A stretch of 64,000 bases of DNA from positions 27,528,001 through 27,592,000 of the forward strand of contig OX597828.1 of the NCBI GenBank assembly GCA_951406725.2, given 5' to 3'. The number at the start of each line of letters is the position of its first letter. The first letter of the stretch is position 1. Below the pieces are notes generated by a model. It searched no databases. It was not told the DNA's origin and worked only from the letters and a program-made list of their open reading frames with translations. The position numbers and the translations under genes are program-made. Source of the stretch: Octopus vulgaris. Taxonomy: Eukaryota. This document shows, piece by piece, positions 26,514 through 38,645 of the stretch.

Positions 26514-27692
26514 GCAGACATACCCAGCGTTGCTTGGGATTTAAATGGCATAGCTTGTATATATGGTACAGTTAAGTTGAAACATGTGATTTGGAGAAGT
26601 GCAGCATTGACGACAAAACATTTGTGGATAAAATGAAGTGCTAATTCGACTAAGTGACATGTCATGCATCTGTTTGGAAGATTCCAGGCTCTAACCTTGT
26701 CATGGAAAAGTCAGTGGAGCATATGTGAATTTTGAATTTACCAAAAAACTCTCAGTGGATATGCTCTCCTTTGTGGCCGTTGGCGCTGCAATTCCCTTAC
26801 TGAGCAATCAGCAGACATAGGGACTACATCTATGTGATAAATTAAGCCTGTGGTCATGCTCAACAGCACCACATGAGAGAAATCTACATGAAAGAGATGA
26901 TGTGATAAGGGGTGTGGAATTGGCAAGGAAGCGCTTGAAAACAACACTGACATGCAATATTTTTGTTTGGAATCAATAGTCGTAATTCAACCATGCACTC
27001 CTTTGCATAAACAGCATGTTTACATTATGAGGATAACTCAGCTCCTAAACAAAAACAGTTCTGCATGCAACGTCCGAGCACACATGGTTACATTAAGGAC
27101 ACAGTCTCTAACTAACATGGTTGGGTCTTAGACATCATAAATTAGTAGGTTAATGTACATGCAATATTTTGGTTTGTAATCAACAGCGGAAGAATATTTG
27201 TGTGGGCTTCATCTAAGCTTAGAAGACAGACTTTGATATTGAAGTTAAACGAAAATAGTTGAATAGTTGCTCAAGATTTAACATATTTTAGCATATTTTT
27301 CATAATAAACACAGTGTGTTCCAAACGGTTTTTATTCCAACAAATTGCTACCTATGGTACTACGAGAACAGGCTTAGACAATGCAGTTTTAAGTTTACAT
27401 TGGTTCATCCATTTAATACAACCTAGTTATATCATTTCAGTAGCTGCTTGTTCCAGGTTGGCCAGAAGCAATCCATGGGTCATGCAGGTAGTCATATGTA
27501 TCCCAGGAAAGGGGGTTTTCTGCCCCCAGGGGCCCCGTTACTCATTATGTGAAACATTATAAGAGTCTAAAAACCATCTCTGGAATATAAGTAATGTATG
27601 TTCCCAGTTTGGAGAAAATCAGTTGCAAACTTCAGAAGCTCTGTAGGTTTACACACACACATGCACACACTCATACATATCCTCAGTTATAC
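26510..27692 (-). mobile_element. Probable non-autonomous Helitron
   Basis: Left end AGTAGCAGACATACCCAGCGTTGCTTGGGA resembles the reverse complement of a Helitron 3' hairpin plus CTAG; right end has a CAGTTTGGAGAAAATCAGTTG-(CA)n subterminal pattern; internal direct repeat at 26951 and 27158. Confidence 0.5.
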
Positions 27693-27782
27693 ACACATGC
27701 ACCTTCGTGTTGGGGATCATCTTTACTTTGTTATCTCCCCTACTTCTTCACTCTGGTGTGTGACCCTTCTGTCTGGCAGTCA

Positions 27783-27978
27783 GTCGCCATGATAGATCGT
27801 TAGCCACTACACACATTTTTTTTTTTCTCTCCTTGTTTTTTTCTGTGTCCCTTTCTGTAGGAAAGTATAGGCTTGAAATGTAAAAGACTTTTTCTATTCC
27901 TGAGTATTATACTAATACATCTGTTTGTTTTGTACACCACCTGTCTTCGTCTTTTGTTGTTTTTCGTAAACTCTCCCT
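27783..27978 (+). mobile_element. Family H pLTR-like element (decayed HHR at 27851-27886)
   Basis: Collinear with 21940-22130; ends in (TA)n. Confidence 0.8.
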
Positions 27979-28272
27979 ATATATATATATATATATAAAA
28001 ATATTTAAAAATTGAGGGAGATAAATTAATATTAATTTTAATATCAATTTAAAACCAGTAGTCCAGCATTCAAAAAATCTGAGTAGTCAGAGAAAATTCA
28101 AATATATGTGTATATTGGCAGGGCTGGCCTGCTAGGCAGCCGGCCAGAATGCTAGAAGAAGATCATCAACGATCAAACTACAAGGGAAATTCTCTAGAGG
28201 AAGAATTCAGCGAACACCAGAACCAACTTTGGCGGGCAGGACATATGAAAAATTAAATAAATAACAGACTTA

Positions 28273-28348
28273 AATGCATACCTTGGTTTCGGTCTTAACA
28301 AAAGAATTACTTGCATAATTCAAGTGTCCGTGACTTCTTCAGTACATT
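28273..28348 (-). ncRNA. Type-I hammerhead motif with extended stem II, in a TA-flanked element (about 27997-28550)
   Basis: AATGTA-CTGAAGA-AGTC...GAATTA/TAATTC...GACC-GAAA-CCAAGG-TA-TGCATT; first stem II pair mismatched (A-C). Confidence 0.7.
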
Positions 28349-30061
28349 CGGTCCTTGTGATGCAAACCGCAAGACTAACCCCAGCTCTCTGTGTCAAGAC
28401 AGACACGTGCTTAGTCTTACTGATTACATTGGGAATAAAATTTCAAATGTCTTGGTTCTGGCGCGCTGAGAGACTCCTGAAGCGAAGGGCTGCAGTGAAT
28501 AATTCACTGCGGATAGTGCTTACAACTAGGGAACGTATTTATTTAAATATTTATATATATATTTATATATATATATATATATGTATATCACTAGCCACTA
28601 CACATTCTTTATTTTCTCTCCTTGTTTCTTTCTGTGTTCATTTCTGTGGAAGAGCATAGGGTCAAAACGTCAAAATGTTCAGCTCAGTGGAGCAAAGGCA
28701 GAACCTTTGCTCTCCAGACAAAAGCTTCACTTACTTTTTCCAAGATTCACTTCTATATCACCTTCTGTGTCTCTAATTCTGAGCACCACACTTTCAAAAT
28801 ACAGAATCATCTAACTTTGAAAATTTCAGTCATGGCAAACTCAAGGTTGTCTCTTAAAGATTTCTGTGATCAATATCTTTCCAATGTTAATCTTCAGTCT
28901 GGCTTTCACTGCTTTGTCGGTTAGGCATATCTTTCTCTGCATGTCTTGAACATTCTGGTATATCAGTAACATTTTGTCTGCAATGTCTAGAACCTTTAGG
29001 ATTTGCTCATGTGTTAACCCAATGTCTGCTCTTTCTTCCTTTGTAGTTTGATGTATCACCTAGCCAGTTGCCATCAGAAAGATCATTAGAAACAATAAAC
29101 AATTTATTTTATAATTTTTGAGGATTTTCTCTTTTTTGTCTTTTTTTTTTGTCTGCATTGTGTTTCACTTAACAATGTCCATCCCTTGCACAGATGTTGA
29201 ATGCTATCAGAGAGTGTTTTGGAGTTCAGAGATGATTCAGAATGTAAGAATCTGATCAATGCAAGACTTTTCTTTTCGAAATGGATGCGATTTGAGGGAG
29301 TATTTGGCTGCTACTTCTAGCAGGTCAAGTGACCACAAAGAAACCTCTTTGTTGTACCCTTTTTTAACATTTCACTCACTGTGCTGGAAAACCAAATAAT
29401 TTTATTTTCTTCTATTCTTCATCCTTTCCACTCCTCCCTCTCCTGCTCTTTTCTCCCATTCTCTCCTCTCCGTTTTCCCTTCTCCCTTCCCCCCATCTTC
29501 CACACCTCATTCCCACCTCCTCATACTCTCCCTATTATTTTCTCTCTCTTTCTCATCCTCTCCCTTCATCCTTCTTGTCCTCTACCCACCCTTAACCTAA
29601 CCTCCTCTTGGGAATGAAAGTAATGTAAAATTAACATGTGTTTCCATTTCCATTTTTACTTTTTTTCAATCCATTTTGAAGCACCAAACTTCAATTCCTT
29701 CCTTACGTATACTTTTTAGAAGTCCCACTGGTTTGGCATGTTCAGATCACATGAAATACTATAAATAACCAGAGGGAACCAAGAAGTTTTGAAACTTACC
29801 ATTATCTTGCACATACATATTGCAAATCAAAGAGGAAACAAAAACTGAAAAGGAATTCTGATGAAAGTAATTTCCCTGTCTGTCCAAAACCTCTCTTCAT
29901 TGTGGAAGTCAATGGTTTTTAATTACTGAATTATATTTAGCACACACTGTTGCCATTATGATTGAATTTACTATCAGTATGTATAGGTTAGGTTTTTCTG
30001 GAATGGGTGATTCATTTTCTGTCTTCCAAAACTGATTAAAATTTGTTCAGGAATGGAAATA

Positions 30062-30063
30062 CT

Positions 30064-30098
<35 letters not shown>

Positions 30099-30144
30099 AA
30101 GTCTTTCCATATATATATATATATATATATATATCCAAGTCTTT

Positions 30145-30177
<33 letters not shown>

Positions 30178-30232
30178 TCTTTCCATATATATATATATAT
30201 ATATATATATACAAGTCTTTCCATATATATAT
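30062..30232. repeat. Composite minisatellite [(TA)n-AAGTCTTTCCA] x4
   Basis: AAGTCTTTCCA at about 30099, 30137, 30175 and 30213, separated by TA runs. Confidence 0.9.
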
Positions 30233-30249
30233 GTACATTTATAAATAGT

Positions 30250-30405
30250 TTAAATTTACAGAAAACAAAAGACACGTGAGAGAATAAGAAGAAGGTGTAT
30301 TAGTTTAATGCTCAAGAAGAATGGAAAAGTATTTGATATTTCAAGCCTATGCTCTTTGACAGAAAGGATTCAGAGGAAAAAAAAGGAGAGAGAAAAAAAT
30401 GTATA
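30250..30405 (-). mobile_element. Family H pLTR-like element (decayed HHR at 30331-30366)
   Basis: Minus strand CCTTTCTGTCAAAGAGCATAGGCTTGAAATATCAAAT. Confidence 0.7.
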
Positions 30406-30409
30406 GGGA

Positions 30410-30804
30410 TTAACAGTGCAGTATTCCTTCAAACACTCATATGCTGCAATCGATGTAAAATTTCTTGCGGTACCAATGTCTACTTCTACATTGGTGCATC
30501 CTCTTCCCAGTTATCTAAGAGAATTTCCAATCATTATTCTTCATTTCGGGATAGCAGTAAACGTTATAGCACAGGGCTAAGTAAATTGGTTTGGTATCTT
30601 AAAGACAACAATAGGGATTTTAAGTTAGATTGGTTCATCCTGTTCATATCTTTCCCCTATGATAAGGGCAAAAGATTTTGTAACATTTGCAACTCTGAAC
30701 TCTTCCATATTCTCTTCTCTAAGAATCACCTTGTTAACACACTTATAGAGCGATCTTACAAATGTAAGCACTGGCAGAAACATACCTTTAGCTCATATAA
30801 TTGA
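30410..30804 (+). pseudogene. Penelope-like element GIY-YIG endonuclease, C-terminal fragment
   Basis: YFYIGASS..LSKRISNH..SF..STGLSKLVWYLK..W..PY..CNIC..E..N..CKH; the ORF's N-terminus (30349-30405) is antisense family H sequence, not a real start. Confidence 0.85.
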
Positions 30805-31082
30805 TTTTTACCAGTCTTTATAGTTTCAACATTTAGTTCACCTTGCACTTTACTTCAATAGAGAAATCTACTTCCATGCCTTTGAACATTTTTTTAAAAT
30901 CAATATATCCCTCTTTATTTGTTCTCTACTTATTAGTTTTTTACCCCTTCTCTTCCTAGGGTCTGCCTTTGATGTCGTATCTACTAACGTTTTTTTTTTT
31001 AAATACGTAATAGCATTCTGTTTATCATTTATGCAGTCATCAAAATTGTTATAATGTTTTGTTGTTGAGATAGGTTCTCTTT

Positions 31083-31168
31083 CTTTCCTGATGAGAAGAT
31101 TACATTATTTTACACCGTTTATTCCTTTGGAATAAAATCAATGTTGTCTTTGAAACATATGTCGAAAG
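31083..31168 (+). ncRNA. Type-I hammerhead ribozyme in the PLE 3' pLTR
   Basis: CTTTC-CTGATGA-GAAGAT...GTCTTT-GAAA-CATATG-TC-GAAAG; palindromic ACATATGT; predicted cleavage after C31163; pLTR runs into (TA)n at about 31366. Confidence 0.85.
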
Positions 31169-31362
31169 TAAAAGAATTTGAATAACTTCTGTGTTCAGCT
31201 CCATTTATTTACTTATACTATACAAACTGCTGCTCATTAACCCGGAGTTTCTACTTTTGAATAGGTTGCTACATCCATGTTGCTTGCGTGAATTTTGCTA
31301 CCCTGGTAACTGTTTATTGAATTTTCCATGTTAACAGTAAACAAAGGATAATTCATTCATCC

Positions 31363-31407
<45 letters not shown>

Positions 31408-31431
31408 TACACCTATATATATATATATATA

Positions 31432-31618
31432 GCTGAAATGTATAGAAAAACAAAAGACGAAGACAGGTGTATAAACAACAAACAGCTGTATTAGTTTAAC
31501 GCTCAGGAAGGTGAGAAAGTCTTTTACCTTTCGAGCCTATGATCTTCAACAGAAAGGAACACAAGGAAATAAACAGAGAATAAAAAAACTTCTGGAGCTA
31601 GCGGTCAATCATGGCGGA
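31432..31618 (-). mobile_element. Family H pLTR-like element (HHR-like motif at 31521-31556)
   Basis: Minus strand CTTT-CTGTTGA-A-GATC-atag-GCTC-GAAA-GG-TA-AAAG; (TA)n on both sides. Confidence 0.8.
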
Positions 31619-31622
31619 TGAT

Positions 31623-31679
<57 letters not shown>

Positions 31680-32194
31680 GTAATCATTGTAATGTCACTG
31701 ATTCCATATTTGCATGGGTCAAATAAGAGTATGTTGGGGAATGTTTTCTATGGCTTGTTACCCTTACTGTCACTAACTCCCAATCATTTCCAAGTGGGTA
31801 GCAAGAAATTCCAGTAGAAGAGGTGATATATTTTAGATATCTCATGGTGGGATTAACAAGTGTTTTTCTAAACTTGGGCATTTGTGAAGTGAGTTACATG
31901 AATTAACAAAGTTTGTGTTTGAATTTCATAATATCTGGTTAGAATTAAAGATATTGATATCGAAGATGCTTGTGAAATGAACACACCAAAAGGAATACGG
32001 ATCGCTCAGTGGATCCAATCATGATCTTACGTAATCAACCTAAAAATCTTATATAATCAACGGTTATGCTAGTTTATTGTATGTATGTATGTGTCTGTGT
32101 GACTATATGTGTGTGTGTGTGTACATAAATATAACTTTATTACAAAATGTGTTGAGTGCTACTTTCTTCTATCTGTTCACTCAGTCGTGTGCAT

Positions 32195-32242
32195 GCATGT
32201 GTGTGTGTATATATGTTTGTATGTATATATATATGTATGTAT

Positions 32243-32274
<32 letters not shown>

Positions 32275-32465
32275 GTATGTATGTATATGTATATATATAT
32301 ATGTATGTTTGTATGTATATATATATATATATGTATATGTATGTATATATATATATGTATATATGTGTATATATATATATATATGTATATATGTGTATAT
32401 ATATATATATATGTATATATGTGTGTATATATGTATGTATATGTGTGTATATATATGTATGTATA

Positions 32466-32496
<31 letters not shown>

Positions 32497-32698
32497 GCAT
32501 ACATATATATAATGTATGTTTATATTTGTGTGTGTATATATATGTATGTATGCATGTGTATATATATATATATACATATACATAATGTGTGTTTATATTT
32601 GTGTGTGTATATATATATATATATATATGTATGCATGTGTGTGTGTATATATATATATATATCTATATATATATATGTATACATATATATGTGTGTTT

Positions 32699-32758
<60 letters not shown>

Positions 32759-32782
32759 ATATATATATGTATGTATGTATAT
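32195..32782. repeat. Compound (TA)/(TG) microsatellite field
   Basis: Direct inspection. Confidence 0.95.
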
Positions 32783-33236
32783 AATTTTCATGTGTATAAA
32801 ATCTATTATCGGAAGAAATGAGCATCAGAAGGAAGTATGTGTGTGTGTCTACATGCAGGAAAATATGCATCATTTATTGAAGATATATACAAGGAAAAAG
32901 GATATAGAAGTTAGGAAAAAGTGGAGGTTCAACAAAATTGAAAATTGAGAAAAATTCTTATAAATAATAACGATGGTAGAATTTGAGGTGAAGGGGAAGG
33001 GTTTCGGTTGGAGCAAAGTGGAAAGCATGATTGGGATAATCAAAAAGAATGTTTCTAAATGAAAGAAGCATAAGATGTTTTTAAAAGAAAAATAACAACA
33101 CTTTTTAATTTGGCAAAGAAAAAAAAAACTATTAAAATTCTAAATACATAAATATATAAATTAGTATAAAAATGAAAACGATAGAAAAATTAAATGCTTT
33201 ATTTTCTAAACAAATGAATATTGTCTTTACAATGTC

Positions 33237-33270
<34 letters not shown>

Positions 33271-33859
33271 TACTATTATTATTATTATTATTATTATATC
33301 TTTTTTTTTTTTTCCTTGCATTGGAAGTGAAAGGATGCAAATGTTTTATATGAACATCTATATATATATATATATATATATATATCTGTAATTATGTATG
33401 GAATTATTGTACACATGCATGCATCTGTGTAATTATGATAACACACACGCACTACAGTATAAAACCACTCAATATATTTATAATTGTGTGTTTGCATGTA
33501 ACTATAAGAATTCAGCTGTTTGTGTGTTTGTTTAGATAAAATTGCATATGTTAACACAAAGCTATGTAAACCTGTCTGTATATTTGTGTAAATTTGTACT
33601 GTATACTTTCATTTTTTTAAATCTTTTGTTTACAATTTCATATATTTGTGCCATTATCATTATTATTATTATTATTATTATTATTGTTGTTGTTGTACAT
33701 TTGTGCATGTTTTTATTTCTTTGTTTTTTGTTTTTTTTTTTTGTTTTCTTCTTTCACTTGTTCTATTGCCATTCTTCAATAGAAACTAAAATCTTGAAAA
33801 CAATAGGGTAAGAAAATTGGAATGAAAGATAGAGTTTCCAGTTGATGGCAGGAAATTAC

Positions 33860-33892
33860 CTCATATTGTTTCTGGTGTAGAACAGAGCAAAT
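33860..33892 (-). other. Candidate 33-nt exon of an unidentified host gene
   Basis: Long polypyrimidine tract ...ttgcctcgctttcag|ATTTGCTCTGTTCTACACCAGAAACAATATGAG|gtaatt; frame-preserving. Confidence 0.3.
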
Positions 33893-34356
33893 CTGAAAGC
33901 GAGGCAATTTATGAAAAATAAAAATAAAACACAAAAAGAAAAGTATACCAACAATATTAACAGCAATAATAAAAAACAATGGTTAGCAGTAAAAAGCGAG
34001 TTCTGTGAGAAGACAGCATATGGGGATATATTCACAGACAATAGGAAGGAGAACTAAGAGTAGCCTGCAGTTTGTAGACATACCCAGTCCTACCTATGCT
34101 TCGTCTTTCTTTCTTTACGGCATTTTAAAAAAAAATTTATTCATTTTTTTTTTTAACTTTTTTTTTTTTTTTTTTGGTTTCTTATTTAGGTCTCTCCTCT
34201 GCCACATTTCCACACTCCCTCTTCTACCCTGCAGTTTCATCCACTCATTTCAATTCAGGTTTTTTTTTTTTTTTCATATTTACAATATTAAAATATTAAC
34301 TATGATAATAGATCTATCTATAATGTTTGTAACGATAAGTTTTGAATCTAAAAACT

Positions 34357-34428
<72 letters not shown>

Positions 34429-34438
34429 TGTGTGTGTG

Positions 34439-34470
<32 letters not shown>

Positions 34471-34471
34471 A

Positions 34472-34702
34472 GGCGACGAGTTGGCAGAAACGTTAGCACG
34501 CCAGGTGAAATGCGTTACCGTATTTCGTCTGCCGTTACGTTCTGGGTTCAAATTCCGTCAAGGTCGACTTTGCCTTTCATCCGTCTGGGGTCAATAAATT
34601 AAGTACCAGTTACGCACTGGAGTCGATGTAATTGACTTAATCTTTTTGTCTGTCCTTGTTTGTCTCTTCTGTGTTTAGCCCCTTGTGGGTAGTAAAGAAA
34701 TA
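34472..34702 (+). mobile_element. Full-length SINE family B
   Basis: Close match to 24907-25138; inserted in a TA tract. Confidence 0.92.
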
Positions 34703-34710
34703 TATATATA

Positions 34711-35115
34711 GGAGTGGCTGTGTGGTAAGTAGCTTGCTTACGAACCACATGGTTCTGGGTTCAGTCCCACTGCGTGGCACCTTGGGCAAGTGTCTTCTAC
34801 TATAGCCTCAGGCCGACCAAAGCCTTGTGAGTGGATTTGGTAGACAGAAACTGAAAGAAGCCCGTCGTATATATATGTATATATATGTATGTGTGTGTAT
34901 ATGTTTGTGTACCTATGTTTGTCCCCTCAACATCGCTTGACAACCGATGCCGGTGTGTTTACGTCCCCGTAACTTTGTGGTTCGGAAAAAGAGACCGATA
35001 GAATAAGTACTAGGCTTACAAAGAATAAGTCCTGGGGTTGATTTGCTCGACTAAAGGCGGTGCTCCAGCATGGCCACAGTCAAATGACTGAAACAATTAA
35101 AAAGAAAAAAGAGTA
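34711..35115 (+). mobile_element. Full-length tRNA-derived SINE family A (CORE-like centre)
   Basis: A box TGGCTGTGTGG, B box GGTTCAGTCCC, then CCTTGGGCAAGT core, internal microsatellite, AAAGAG tail. Confidence 0.92.
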
Positions 35116-35683
35116 TACCCACACACACACATACATGTGTGTGAGTAAAGCATAAATACAAATAACTAAAAACAACAAAACTCTGAGGGACATCCACAGC
35201 TAATACTCTTCGGTTGACATTCATGAAATAAAACTTATGGAGTAAAAGTTATAACATTTCGGATGTAGTCCTGTGTTGGATAAAGGAATGAAACAAAATG
35301 TTTACAGAAGATGTGAGTTCAAGTCCCGAGGCCAGCCTTTGACTGTTTCCATCGAAAGGGTTTTTAACCTATTGTTGACATAGGGTTATTATTAATAGCT
35401 TCGACTACTTTGAGTTCCACTATTAAAAAAAAAAATATGGTATTTCATGTCTCCTGGGGTTTCTAAATTCTTATGATGTAAATAACATTTAATTCTTGAT
35501 GGCGAGAAAAAAAGATTCTGAAATGGTTGGAGAAATTTGAAGGATTGCTTTGGTACAATGGTAGAATGTCTATCATATTTCCAGAACCCTTTAGTTTCTT
35601 CCATCCAAGGAGATTTTAGACCAATATTTACATGTGCCATTTATAACCTGACTTTGAGTTCAACCATTAAAAATCATTTATAT

Positions 35684-35823
35684 GTAGATAGATAGATAGC
35701 TAGATAGATAGCTAGATAGATAGATAGATAGATAGATAGATGGATGGATGGATGGATGGATGGATGGACGGACGGACGGACGGACGGACGGACGGACGGA
35801 CAAACGGATAGATAGATAGATAG
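35684..35823. repeat. Graded tetranucleotide array (GATA)n-(GATG)n-(GACG)n-(GATA)n
   Basis: Direct inspection. Confidence 0.95.
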
Positions 35824-36434
35824 AGGGAGAGACAGTCAGACAGACAAACAGATAAAGAGACATATAGATATTGTTTCATTCCTTAACTGGTTTCAGTCAT
35901 TGGACTCCAGCCATGCTGAGCAAATGCCTTTCAAGAGTTTAGCCAATCATATCAACCCCAATACAGACCACTTATTTTATCATTCTCTATTTGTTGATCC
36001 TCTCAGTTACAGAAAATTGTTATTAACACGGGTGCATACACTCACATATTGCTTTACCTTGCGTTATCAACTTTTGATGCAATCATAGGGGTACCATCGT
36101 AACAAATGGTATGTGTTGGCTGCCACAAACCTGCCAAAGACTATATCTCAGTCTCTCTCTCCAGGTGTAACCATTGCTGATTTCGGAGACAGACAGGGAA
36201 AGGGTCTATCCCAGACCCTTACTTTATTTATACGCCCCAAAAGACAAAGGATAAAAGGATAAGTCAACTTTGGCGGGGTTTGAAATCAGTGCTCTACAGG
36301 GTGGTTGATGTTAGGAAGAGCATCCAGCTGTAAAAGCTGTGCCAAACACAGACACAGAAGTCTGATGCAGTCATCTGCCTGGTCAGTTCCTGCTGAACCA
36401 TCCAAGCCATTCCATCATGGAAGATAGACATTAA

Positions 36435-36655
36435 CCCTTTAGTGTTCGCATTATTCTGCCAAAATTAATGCTTCTTCATCCACATTGTTTTGAAATAATC
36501 CTGCATTATCTTGTTGCTATGAGAATTTGATGAGGTAGCTGTTAATTTTTAAGATGATATTGTAGGGTTGGTGTGAGAGACCAGATCTGGCCAGTTTGGA
36601 CATAAAACAGGCAGAATACTTTTGGCCGGATATGGCCGGTTTAAATGCTAAAGGG
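36435..36655. mobile_element. piggyBac-like MITE (221 bp) nested in a family C tail
   Basis: TTAA|CCCTTTAGTGTT...AATGCTAAAGGG; second copy at 51929-52149. Confidence 0.85.
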
Positions 36656-37600
36656 GACATTAAACAATGATGATGATGATGACTCAGACAGCCAGAATGA
36701 ACAATGCACAACATTGTATCCAATGTTCTAAGACTCTCACAAGGTTGAAAAAGACGCACCATACAGGACTGAACTGGCAACCTCATTATTTTCAAACGGA
36801 AACCTCCTAACTGTGCAGCCATGGCTGAACCTACATATAAATTACAGTTATTGTTAATATGTTTCTCTAACATTTTAACTAGCAGCTATTGTATTCAACT
36901 AAATAAAAGCAAACTGATTCTCACAACTTTTACGACAAAATGCTTCAAGAATAGCTTTTTTTACTGATGACATTTAATTTATAAAATGTATTTTGATTTT
37001 CTTTTCTTTGTTCTCAGTTAATAAATATTTTAATTTTCTTTTATCAGTTTTATTAATTTCAATTTTATATTGTTTTTGTGACATTTCATTTGCGAGAAAA
37101 TTGTTTGTCTTATAACTGCAGCAGTTTATCAACCATATAAACACTCACTTTCATTCTCATTTATCATGCATTATTGATTGCAGTTGCCTTCGTTCGAGGA
37201 TGTTTGTCTGTATCCTTCAGTTATAGCCTTGCATGCCTTCACACACACACATACACACACGCACATGCATGTATATATATGTATGTACATTTTGTCTTAG
37301 TGCAAAGCCATTCATTGTAAGAAAAGAGGCATTAGTGAAACTGGTCCATCACAACTCAGATACTTCTACAGACTATTCCTTATCCAAAATTGCCCAAATA
37401 CAAAAGTTACCAAAATCTGATTTTCTGGGATCTTTTTTGAGTGAGTGAACGAACCATGTGGTTTCAAGTTCAATCTCACTCTGTGCACCACCTTGGGTAA
37501 GTGTTGTCTCTGATTTGTTTGGCTAAAACACTTCAAGACACTTGGACCCCAGCACATAGCTGCAGTCCAATGACTAACAGAAGCAAAATATTTCTATATT

Positions 37601-38036
37601 TGTGGCACATAAAAGGGCACCATTCAAGTGTGACTGTTACCAGCTTCGCCTTACTGGCACTTGTGCCCATGCTAGTAGGGTGCCAAGAGCACCATCCGAG
37701 CGTGATCGTTGCCAGAGCAGCCAACTGGCTCCGTGCCGGTGGCATGTAAAAGGGCACCATTCGAGCGTGATTGTTACCAACGTCGCCTTACTGGCACCTG
37801 TGCTGGTGGAATGTGTAAAACGATTTGAGTGAGGTCATTGCCAGTACTGCCTCACTGGCCTTGTGCCGGTGGCACGTAAAAAGCACCCACTACACTCAGA
37901 GTGGTTGACATTAGGAAGGGCATCCAGCTGTAGAAACTCCGCCAGATTAAGACTGGAGTCTGGTTCGCCAGCCTTCAGACAAAATCGTCCAACCCATGCT
38001 AGCATGGAAGGCAGACGTTAAACGATGATGATGATG
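37601..38036 (+). mobile_element. RTE 3'-UTR repeat (family C) with internal tandem subrepeats
   Basis: Repeated GGCAYRTAAAAG/A..CACC units; AGGAAGGGCATCCAGCTGTAGAAACT...GCTAGCATGGAAGGCAGACGTTAAAC(GAT)n. Confidence 0.88.
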
Positions 38037-38645
38037 CCAACATTTGCAAAGTATATGGACCGTATCATTTTTGAAAGATCCATTTCCAGATACAAACTAA
38101 TGTCATTTTATTCATTTCAATATTCAATTTAATATTCTGTAGACATGACGTCTTGTGCATAATACATTAACAAGCTTGAAGCAGCAGATAATATCCACAC
38201 AGAAAAATCACTGTAATGAGATTAAACACTGTAATATATATTTTGAAATATCTCTGTGTGTGTGTGTGTGTGATCCTAAGACTGTGTTCCATATTGGCAT
38301 GATTTCGACTCTTTGATAGGATCTGAAGTGTCCAAAGACTACGTCATGTGACAATCACTTGTTAAGGTTACCTCTCCAGATTTTCTACAGGAATTATTGC
38401 CAGCATTGATTTCTTGTGACATTTCATATCTGAACATGTCTAATATAAATAACAAAGTGATCAAAGATAGGGAAATAGGTAATGGCGTATATGCATATTT
38501 CAGGAGTTCTTGCACTTTCTTCAGCATCACGTTCCACGTCCAACCCATTAACTATCCATGAACACTTTGCTTAAATTGCCACTGACAATAGCAGTGTAAT
38601 ATTATTCGATACAAATGAAACAAATTCCTGGCAGCAGGTACGCAC

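Noticed and set aside
28841-29059. 72-aa minus ORF reminiscent of a pogo/Tigger transposase C-terminus
   Set aside because: Resemblance too vague, with no catalytic motif or TIR
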